Source: Macrostomum lignano
Lineage: Eukaryota
NCBI GenBank assembly: GCA_002269645.1
Contig: NIVC01000859.1
Span: 186,001 to 250,000 of the forward strand
Direction: 5' to 3'
Length of the DNA stretch: 64,000 bases
The notes under the pieces were generated by a model. That model was not told where the DNA came from. It was given only the letters and a program-made list of their open reading frames with translations, and searched no databases. Every line of letters starts with the position of its first letter. Positions within the stretch are counted from its first letter, which is position 1. Positions 54,200-64,000 of the stretch are shown here, piece after piece. The position numbers were made by a program, and so were the translations under genes.

Positions 54200-54912
54200 G
54201 ATGAGATTGTAAAGATGAGAGAGATGAAAGGAAAGATTAGAGAGTAGAGTAGAGATGAGAGATGAAGGAAGAGAGAGCAGAGTGCAGAGAGACGAGAGAA
54301 GAGAATAGAGGGGAGAGTATAGGAGAGGGAAGAGAAGAGAGGAGTAAGGAAAGAGAGGAGTCAGAAGAGGGGAAAGAGAAGAGTACACAGGAGAGAGGAG
54401 AGTAGAGATGACAGAAGAGAGAGGGGGATGAGAGAGCAAAGGTGAGAGTGAACAGACGATATAAGAGAGGAGAGAGGAGAGTGGAGAGAGAAGAGTGGAG
54501 AGAGAAGAGAGAAGACAAGAGAGGGAGAGAGTATAGAAGAGGGAAGAGAAGAGAAGAGAAGAAAGGAGAAAGGAAAGAGAGGAGTCAAAAGAGGGGAAAG
54601 AGAAGAGTACAGAGGAGAGAGGTGAAAGAATATACGAGTGTAAGAGAGTAAAGATGACAGATGAGAGAGGGGAGATAAGAGAGCAGAAACGAGAGTGAAC
54701 AGACGAAAGATGGGTGAGTAGAGAGAAAAGAGGAGAGATAAAAAATAAAACATGAGAGATGAGAGGTGAGACAAGGGGGGGAGAGAAGTGAGTGAGGAGA
54801 GAGGAGGGGAGAGGAGAGAATCGAGAGAACGGGGAAAGAGGGGAAGGACGAAAGAGGAGAGGAAAGAGAGGAGAGATTAGAGAGGAGAAGAGATGAGACA
54901 AGCGAGAGCAGA

Positions 54913-54962
<50 letters not shown>

Positions 54963-55430
54963 GAGCCGCGAGAAATGAGAAGAGATAACAGAGAAGAGAT
55001 AAGAGAGAAAAGATAAAGAAAAGAAAGGAGTGATAAGAGAGCAAAGATGAGAGAGAAGAGATGTGAGGAAAGAGACGATAAAAGAGATGAGAGAAGAGAG
55101 TGGAGAGGGGAGAGGGGAGAGTTGAGAGAAGAGAGGAGAAAGGAGAGAAGAGAGATGAGGGAAGTGTTGAGAGGTTAAAGTAAGGAATGAGAAGAGAGAA
55201 GAGGGAAGAGAGAGTAGAGTGGAGAGAGGAGAGGGGAGAGTTGAGAGGAGAGGAGAAAGGAGAGAAGAGAGAGCTCTGCTAGAGAGAAGAGGAGAGAGAA
55301 AAGAATAGAGGGGAGAGGTAAGAGATGAGAAGAGGGGAGAGAGGAGAGAAGAAAGAAGATATGAGGGGAGAGAGAAGAGACGAGAGACGAGAGAGAAAAG
55401 AGGAAACAGAAGAGAAAATAGAAGTTTCAA
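54200..55430. repeat. 1.2-kb GA-rich low-complexity tract
   Basis: Almost pure purines on +, including (AG)n at about 54915-54958; source of the Ser/Leu/Pro ORFs. Confidence 0.93.
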
Positions 55431-56492
55431 AGGATTCAAGGGACATAGGGAGAGGCAGAGGTAGAGGCCAGTGTTTGCCTGACATTCTGCGAAGCACCCC
55501 AGCTAACAATATCAATGTTTGCCTCAAATCCTAATTTTAAACAAATGTACTCGATTTTATGTTTAACTCTATCCTGACTATTAACAAGTTTTTTGTTTGA
55601 GTTTAACCTAAGATTTTACAGTACATACAAAAATAGTTCTGGGGATTGGAATTCCCCGGGTTCAAAATCCGCGCGTTTCAATAGCTTGTTTTAATATAAA
55701 ATTTAAAGAAACCAATACTATTTTAAGCATATTTATCGTTTGATCAATAAATTTAGCCTATCTTGAATAATTTGCCCGTGGGGCATAAAACAACCAATTA
55801 ATCTTAACTCCGAACCAGCTCTGAGAAATCAACGTCCCGCAATACGTAAATTACGGTGGTGGCAGCGCTACTCTACTGTTAGTAAGCAACTAAAAAAACC
55901 GACGTACATTGAATTTGCGGTGTCTAAGGACCCAATTGAACGACCGTGCCTGTTAACGACCGCTCGACTTCGATTACGACTACCCCCCCCCCCCAACCCG
56001 GAATTAAGGACCCGGCAGACGGAGTATTCAGGAGAAGTTCGTTGAGATTCGACTGCGTGATTTTTCGGTATTATTCCTGCGAACTCAGCTCCGGCGGCAA
56101 TTCAATTTTTTTCATCCGCCCAACCACCAAAGCTCTCTTTTTTTCTCCACCTTTATACTCGTAAATTTCATCATAGATTTATGATTTTTAAAGTTGATAT
56201 GAGAATGCAGCGAATTACTATTAAGTTATTGTGATTCATTTAACACAGTATTGAAGTAAAGCAAAAATTATCCAGACACCACAAATTTTCTCAAGACCTC
56301 TGGCAGTACATTATGACGCTACACTGGAAGAACGAAAAAAAGTAAATTTTTTAGGCTGATATCCATCAAATATTGCTCTGCGGAAAGAGGAAAAAGTCAT
56401 TTATTCATCACAAAATCAATGATGCATTTGATGTCGGTTAATGAAGATTACCATACTTCTAATTTGTTTGTTTGTACCACTAACTCAGCCCT

Positions 56493-56770
56493 CAGGGGTC
56501 GGCAAACTTTTTTAATTCAGCCGTCAAGGGCCAGATTGATAACTTAGCACATGACTGCGGACCATAGTGGGGAGAGACGAGAGAAGGAAGAGGAAAGGAA
56601 ATGAGAGAGTAGAGAGGAGAGGAGAGGAGAGAATATAGAGAGAGGAAGGGAAAGAGAAGAGATAGGAAATTAGAGAGAATAGAGAAGAGATAGGAAATTA
56701 GAGAGAAAAGAGAAATGAGAGAGGCCGGATCGCTATTGTGAATTTTCAATGGACCCGAGGGCCGGATGGA
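56493..56770 (+). mobile_element. hAT/Charlie-like non-autonomous element fragment with a GA-rich interior
   Basis: Starts with CAGGGGTCGGCAAAC (56493-56507), a typical hAT-Charlie terminus; internal GA tract 56570-56722; the segment GGCCGGAT...TTTCAATGGACCCGAGGGCCGGAT has homologues at about 51625-51675, 55425-55485 and 62050-62100. No intact right TIR at this copy. Confidence 0.5.
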
Positions 56771-58789
56771 GAAGTTTCTTTCTCCATTCTCCACGATTTT
56801 AACAAAATTGAAAGAGCTTTTTTGAAAGGGATTTTCAGAATATAGTTGGGAGCTGTTAAAATGCTTAAGTGGAATTTGAATCTAACAAATATCTAAATAG
56901 ATTTCTCTGGTAAACTTTGTGTTAGAAGAAATGGAATTTCTAGAATAAAGAAGCCTAACTGATTTGAATCGGGTGCAGTGTCGCCACCCCAGCGAATTTG
57001 AATCGCTGGGCGATTTTAAATGGCTACGAGCTACTAAGCGATATTTGTCATATTCAGCAAATTTCAGTGATTTTTTTATATTGGGCCTTAAAATCGTGAA
57101 ATATGACTGGAACTCTATGATCTAAATAATTAAATATTTCAAAGTCTATGAATAAAACTCTATGATTTTCGTAATAATCAGAGATTCTAGGGATAAGAAT
57201 CATGGTCAAAAGTTTTTGTGTTGTGTTGTGTTGTTTATAACAGTTGTACACTCTTTCTAAGAACTTCCCTATTTTTGCCTCTCAGATATGTTTCACACGG
57301 CAGCCTAACCGTTTTTGAGCGAGCACGAAGTTCTAAGTGAGTAACCTTTTATTAAAAGCGCTAACACCCACCTTATTAAACTGTTTGTACAAGTTTGTAG
57401 CACCTAGCACGGACATTAGCATTTAGTCTGGTCAAATATTTCTGGTTATCCCTGTATGTACGCAGGACGAGAAAAAACGCTCTGAGGCAGAGGGCTAAAG
57501 ATCGTCCGAGATATTTAAAAGCAGCCTTCTGGTCGACTTGAAACGAGTTAAAAAAATTTTCTGTGTCGTTATTCCTCCAGCCATACCAACAGATAAGCCC
57601 GAATGTTACGTTTCTGATGGAGTATCTTCCAGAGTTCAAGAGGAATTAACTGCAGCGGTGAAACAGCTTTCTGATATCATCAAGAAAGGAGAGGAATATT
57701 ATCGAGAAGAAAAAATCGCTTCTCAAGCCCGAATGGAAGCTACGACAGAAGCAGCAGTTCCAGCTGAACCTACCGGACCTTCCAACGCTTTTCGCGATGT
57801 GAAGAAGCTGAGACGGTCAATCCAGGAGAGAGCAACGACTGCTTTCAAGAGAGCTGGAAACAGAGTCCCGATTCCATGGAAGCAAATGGAGAGTGACAAG
57901 CAAAACAAAACCAGATTTGCACGCGGAAGATTTTCTCTCGATTTCAAGTCACCCCATCATTTAAACAGGGCGGAATGATTTCAGTTGGTTGAAAAGTTGG
58001 AAAATACGGATTTGGTATTTGTCAATTACCAACATTCTGATCTTATTGAAAGTGCAGGGCATTCGAGCGCCGCTACACCTGCCACGGCCGCTGCAACTGC
58101 TACACCTGCCACGGCCGCTGCAACTGCTACACCTGCCACGGCCGCTGCAACTGCAACACCTGCCACGGCTACTGCAACACCAGCCACGAGTGCTGAAGTG
58201 AACATCCCGGCAGACAAACCTGATGAGTTTGATAACTACGAGCTTGGACCTGGAATCAGTGCTTATCGAGAATTTTTTCACATGGAAGACAGCAGTGCAA
58301 CAGTGCAAGCGCAGCCGCAGGGAGCTGCTATTGTACTGACTAACGCCTGCGTCTCAAGTGTTAACAGTAATCAAACAGGTATGTCTCATTCAGCTATAGA
58401 GACGAGAGCCAATCCGACTACTATCAGTTTATTTGGCCGCTCGGCTGCTTTTCGCTATAGTTAAGCATGCATCTATTCGAATTAAGAGCCAAAAAACTGT
58501 CTGTTTTAAACTTAACTGATGTTATACTCAGTAAAGCAATCCTCAGTCTCTTTGCAAGACTGGCCGCTTTGCAGAAAATGCTGTGGCAGAAGATCTGGTT
58601 CACTGCTATGACTTTGCCCACTTTGCAAATCAATTCTGTATACTTTGCTGGGGTAATTATTGTCACTTTGCATACATCCAGATCCCCACTCCTGCGTTGT
58701 GATGACCTCTGCGTGGTGCAGGAGAGGCAACAACCCTGTTCACAAAAACACGGTTGGCTAACAATCACAGTTAGTATATAGCTAGTTAA

Positions 58790-58910
58790 ATCCCAGATCT
58801 CCCAGATTTCAGATCTCAGATTTCATATATCAGATCTCAGATCCCAGATCTCAGATCCCAGATTTCAGATCTCAGATCCCAGTCTCAGATTTCAGATCCC
58901 AGATCCCGGG
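58790..58910. repeat. short block of the 7-bp AGATCTC/AGATTCC/AGATCCC satellite
   Basis: Same heptamers as 59600-60770. Confidence 0.88.
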
Positions 58911-59599
58911 ATTCTAAACTTTTAAATATACAAAATACAACAGTCATTACCTATATTGTGCATATATTCTTAATGTCTTGTTTTCTCATGAAAATACCTG
59001 TGTATTAGAACTCCCACGACTCCAACTCCCTCTTCTCTTCTCTGTCTCCTCTTTCTTTCTACTGACTCCCTCCTCTATCGTGTATCATCTCTCTCCCATC
59101 TCCCAATGCACCCCAGCTCTCACTTCTCTCCCATTTCTTTTCCCTATTCACCCTATAGGTCACTTCTCTCCCATTTTTCCCTATTCACCCTATCTGTCAC
59201 TTCTTCCATTTCTCCCATATTTAGTATATAAAAATATAAATTTCGAAAGGATTAGAATTTTATATAATAGAATTTCTGTAATCATTTACAGCAATGGCAA
59301 AAAAAAGTAGAAAGAGGCCGCGGAGACCGGCGGAGGCAGCACCGGCGGCTCCGGCGGCTCCGGCGGAGGCAGCACCGGCGGAGGCGGCTGCCAGAGTTGA
59401 CTGGGCCGCGGAGGTGGAGGCTGCGGCGGAGGCAGCTCCGGCGGCTCCGGCGGAGGCAGCACCGGCGGCTCCGGCGGAGGCAGCACCGGCGGAGGCGGCT
59501 GCCAGACGGCGGGCGGGCCGCCGCTGGGCCCGCGTCCGCAAAAGAGAAACATTAGTACGTGCATTTGCTGCCTAAATCATTTCTATATATATCTTTGCT

Positions 59600-60770
59600 A
59601 TCTAGATCTCAGATTCCAGATTTCAGGTTCCAGATCCCAGATCTCAGATTCCAGATTTCAGGTTCCAGATCTCAGATTCCAGATCCCAGATCTCAGATCT
59701 TAAATCTCAGATTCCAGATCCCAGATCTCAGATTCCAGATCTTAGATTCCAGATCCCAGATCTCAGATTCTAGATCCCAGATTTCAGATCTTAAATCTCA
59801 GATTCTAGATCCCTGATCTCAGATCTTAAATCTCAGATCCCAGATTCCAGATCTCAGATTCCAGATTCCAGATCTCAGATCTTAAATCTCAGATCTTAGA
59901 TCTCAGATTCCAGATCACAGATTCCAGTTTTCAGGTTCCAGATCCCAGATCTCAGATTCCAGATTTCAGGTTCCAGATCTCAGATTCCAGATCCCAGATC
60001 TCAGATTCCAGATCCCAGATCTCAGATCTTAAATCTCAGATTCCAGATCCCTGATCTCAGATTCCAGATGCCAGATCTCAGATTCCAGATCTCAGATCTT
60101 AAATCTCAGATTCCAGATCCCAGATCTCAGATTCCAGATCTCAGATCTTAAATCTCAGATTCCAGATCCCAGATCTCAGATTCCAGATCTTAAATTTCAG
60201 ATTCCAGATTCCAGATCTCAGATCTTAAATCTCTGATTTTAGATCTCAGATCCCAGATTCCAGATCTCAGATTCCAGATTCCAGATCCCAGATCTCAGAT
60301 CTTAAATCTCAGATTCTAGATCCCAGATCTCAGATCTTAAATCTCAGATTCTAGATCCCAGATCTCAGATCTTAAATCTCAGATTTTAGATCTCAGATCT
60401 CAGATTCCAGATCCCAGATCTCAGATCTTAAATCTCAGATCTTAGATCTCAGATTCCAGATCCCAGATCTCAGATTCCAGTTTTTAGGTCTCAGATTCCA
60501 GATTTCAGGTTCCAGATCCCAGATCTCAGATCTTAAATCACAGATTCCAGATCCCAGATCTCAGATTCCAGATCCTAGATCTCAGATCTTAAATCTCAGA
60601 TTCCAGATCCCAGATCTCAGATTCTAGATCCCAGATCTCAGATTTTAGATCTCAGATTTTAGATCTCAGATCTCAGATTCCAGATCTCAGATTCCAGATC
60701 CAAGATCTCAGATTCCAGATTTTAGGTTCCAGATCTAAGATTCTAGATCTCAGATCCCAGACACAGTCTC
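59600..60770. repeat. 7-bp-based satellite (AGATCTC, AGATTCC, AGATCCC, AGATCTT-AAATCTC)
   Basis: About 165 heptamers arranged as recurring multi-unit words. Confidence 0.95.
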
Positions 60771-62739
60771 AAGTTAGAATAAGCTTTACTGAGCTTTCAG
60801 ATTGATGGTCAGGCACCAGGACATTACATTACACAGAATTAAATTCAGCAAGCTTATTTGTGTAAATATTAATTTATTTCCAGATGCAAACCGTCGCCCG
60901 CTTGCAGCTGCTGCAAGCCCAGCTGCTGGGCCAGCTGGCTGGGTAAGATATTTTTCAAATATTGAATGCTAAAATGTATACTCCTAAATATGCAGTCTAA
61001 TTTCTTTCATTTACGATTTAAATCGTAACTAGATCGGCTTCGTCTCGGCCCATCAACACAGTCCTCAGTCTTGTATGTGGTCCAGATAAATCAGTCCATG
61101 GGGTGATACCTTATACATATGCAGGCTAGCAAAAGAAGGCTATAGGGCTGCAGGGATCAGAAGTGAAGCTGCTGGCAGATCGTAGGAGATTTCAGATTTT
61201 CAGGTGTAAAATCCCTCCCCCTCTATGCTAAAGACCTCATTAATTCTCAGCACTGTCAAACACCTTTTAGATGCCCAGCAGTTCCTTCAGTGGCTGCACT
61301 GGCTGGTCCCTCAGGTCCTTCAGTGGGTGCCCCCTCAGATCCTTCAGTGGATGCCCCTTCAGAACCCAAAATCTAAAATCTAAAATCGACACATTTCGTA
61401 GCTGTCTACTTGGAGTAGCTGGTCAGAGAAGGCATCCCCGAATCTCCAGATTTCCTGATTCTCACATCCTTATCCCTGAATGTCATATCTTCCTATCTGA
61501 TTTCCTCATGTTAATCTCAGAATAGCCTCATACACAACACAACTATAGTTTATGTATAACGTCTCTGTGCATCAAAAGCTGAGCAGTTTAGAGTTAATAA
61601 GCAATTTACTATAAATGAAATAAACAACAGTTCTCAGAGTAAAACTTACACTTGTTCTCTGGTTCTAATGTTCTCGCTATCAGAGACCTTATTCACGTCC
61701 CATCCCCCCCCCAGAAATATCTTGATAGAACAAATTGCGCGCCTCTCAAAAAAACTTACATTGCGACTTTTGAACTTTACAGAAATACTGGATTCGGCTT
61801 GCGGGGCGGAGGGCGAGGCGGGGGACGAGGGCGAGGCGGGGGACGAGGGCGAGGCGGCCAGCCCTTCCATCATTGGTAAGTTTCCATAGGACACCATTTG
61901 TTTTTCAACACACAAAATTTAATTTTTTGGACACATACATGTACAGTCCAGACACCTGTACAGACACACAGAGAGACAGAAAAACACGGAGAAGGACAGA
62001 TAAACGGGCAGACAGACAGGTGATAAATGTGAAGGAAAATCAACGAGAGAAGAATCCGAGGGACGTGAGAGAGGCAGAGGCCAGAGTTTGCCAATACATG
62101 TTCTTGAGTCAGACAGACATTTCCTGACATTCTGCGCAGCACCCCAGCCATTTTAACTATTGACAAGTTTTTGTTGGGATATGACTTCAGATTTTGGAAA
62201 ACATGCAAAAGTAGTTTCGGGGATTGGAATTCCACGGTTTCAATATACGCGGTTTTCAGTAGCTTGTGCTAAGCGGGTCTATGAACTTTGCTAGCAGGAA
62301 TTTTGCTGGCCGAAAGTTGCTAGCAGGAATTTTGCTAGCGAGGATTTAGCTAGCCGAAATCTGCTAGCGAGAATCCAAACAAAACCGGCAAGCAGCAATT
62401 TGGCTAGCCGAACTCAGGAAGTTGTAATTCGGTAGAGACAATTTGCTTAGTCAAGTTTCGCAAGAATTTCACTAAATCCTCTATAGCGTCGCTCCACTTT
62501 TACCAATCCTCTTCAAATTGGACACAATCCAATTTTCAACTATTTTGACACAATCGTATAGTTTCGTATCTCGAAGTTAATTCTGAACGGCACTGTGTAC
62601 TTTTAAAGTTAGTCTGCTTTTCGTCAGCAAGACAGCCACCCCAACCTCCGTCTCTCTCCTTCCTGGCCACTAGACAGATGTGTGAAAGGGGTTTAAAATT
62701 GACTAACTTTCAGCTGACACAAGTATGCTCCACGTATAT

Positions 62740-64000
62740 TTCAGATTCCAGATCCCAGATCTGATTCCAGTTTTCAGGTTTCAGATCCCAGATCTCAGAT
62801 TCCAGATTTCAGGTTCCAGATCTCAGATTCCAGATCTCGGATCTTAAATCTCAGATTCCAGATCCCAGATCTCAGATCTTAAATCTCAGATTCTAGATCC
62901 CAGATTTCAGATCTTAAATCTCAGATTTTAGATCCCAGATCTCAGATCTTAAATCTCAGATTTTAGATCTCAGATTCCAGATCTCAGATTCCAGATTCCA
63001 GATCTCAGATCTCAGATTCCAGATCTCAGATTCCAGATTCCAGATCCCAGATCTTAAATCTCAGATTAGATCTCAGATTCCGGATTTCAGGTTCCAGATC
63101 TCAAATTCCAGTTCCCAGATCTCAGATCTTAAATCTCAGATTCCAGATCCCAGATCTCAGATTCCAGATCCCAGATCTCAGATCCTTAATTTCAGATTCC
63201 AGTTCCCAGATCTCAGATTCCAGATCCCAGATCTCAGATCTTAAATCTCAGATTCAAGATCCCAGATCTCAGATCTTAAATCTCAGATTCTAGATCCCAG
63301 ATTTCAGATCTTAAATCTCAGATTTTAGATCCCAGATCTCAGATCTTAAATCTCAGATTTTAGATATCAGATCCCATATTCCAGATCTCAGATTGCAGAT
63401 TCCAGATCCCAGATCTCAGATCTTAAATCTCAGATCTTAGATCACAGATTCCAGTTTTCAGGTTCCAGATCTCAGATTCCAGATTTCAGGTTCCAGATCT
63501 CAGATTCCAGATCCCAGATCTCAGATCTTAAATCTCAGATTCCAGATCCCTGATCTCAGATTCTAGATCCCAGATCTCAGATCGTAAATCTCAGATTCTA
63601 GATCCCAGATCTCAGGTCTTAAATCTCAGATCCCAGATTTCAGATCTCAAATTCCAGATCCAGATTCCAGATTCCAGATCACAGATTCCAGTTTTCAGGT
63701 TCCAGATCCAGATCTCAGATTCCAGATTTCAGGTTCCAGATCTCAAATTCCAGTTCCCAGATCTCAGATCTTAAATCTCAGATTCCAGATTCCAGATCTC
63801 AGATTCCAGATTCCAGATCCCAGATCGCAGATCTTAAATCTCAGATCTTAGATATCAGATTTCAGATCTCAGATTCCAGATTTCAGGTTCCAGATCTCAA
63901 ATTCCAGTTCCCAGATCTCAGATCTTAAATCTCAGATTCCAGATTCCAGATCTCAGATTCCAGATTCCAGATCCCAGATCGCAGATCTTAAATCTCAGAT
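62740..64000. repeat. 7-bp-based satellite, same family, runs off the window end
   Basis: Shares rare words such as CCAGTTTTCAGGTTCCAGATC with 59600-60770; 63720-63845 recurs near 63875-64000. Confidence 0.95.

Larger units (their letters stand above)
57581..61376 (+). pseudogene. uncharacterised Ala/Pro-rich multi-exon gene model with an in-frame TGA
   Basis: Candidate exons 57581-58378 (in-frame TGA 57976-57978; 27-bp ATPATAAAT repeats), 59292-59554 (AEAAPAAP repeats; phase 1 matches the donor at 58379), 60884-60942 and 61271-61376 (TAA). A further candidate exon lies at 61783-61875. No recognisable domain. Confidence 0.35.

Noticed and set aside
56988-57010. Hairpin CCCAGCGA-N7-TCGCTGGG as a terminator or structured RNA
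   Set aside because: An isolated 8-bp stem is expected by chance in 64 kb; no U-tract or RNA-family features.
57976-57978. In-frame TGA as selenocysteine (also 16285-16287)
   Set aside because: No recognisable SECIS, no redox motif context and no selenoprotein similarity; the 57.5-kb frame also has an upstream TAA.
58070-58190. Ala/Thr repeat as type I antifreeze protein
   Set aside because: Similarity is compositional only; a Pro in every 9-residue unit is incompatible with the continuous 11-residue helix.

Overview
Eukaryotic (animal) genomic DNA. GC-rich exons sit in AT-rich introns, and almost every large intron carries its own minisatellite or microsatellite array. This architecture resembles the flatworm Macrostomum, which is an inference and not a database result. 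Spliced by eye, the window holds a MAP7/ensconsin-like gene (2.7-14.5 kb, +, 5' end not located), a secreted WSC+PAN/apple protein (17.8 kb, +), an intronless divergent PP1-type phosphatase (22.7-23.8 kb, -) head-to-head with an FBXO15-like gene (25.7-32.4 kb, +), a TMEM145/GPR180-family gene (34.0-39.3 kb, +), a secreted PAN + C-type lectin (50.5 kb, +) and a poorly supported Ala/Pro-rich gene with an in-frame TGA (57.6-61.4 kb). Mobile elements are a frameshifted Mag-like Ty3/Gypsy element with one LTR (42.3-46.4 kb, -), a Tc1 deletion derivative with TIRs (46.5-47.2 kb), a second Gypsy integrase remnant and pieces of a hAT-like family with GA-rich interiors. The most notable item, absent from the ORF track, is the 3' half of a second WSC+PAN gene nested antisense in an FBXO15 intron and split by a 2.3-kb satellite. 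With other PAN-like pieces it points to a modular, dispersed family of small secreted glycan-binding proteins. No rRNA, tRNA or CRISPR array was found. Exon boundaries were read manually and need RNA-seq confirmation.
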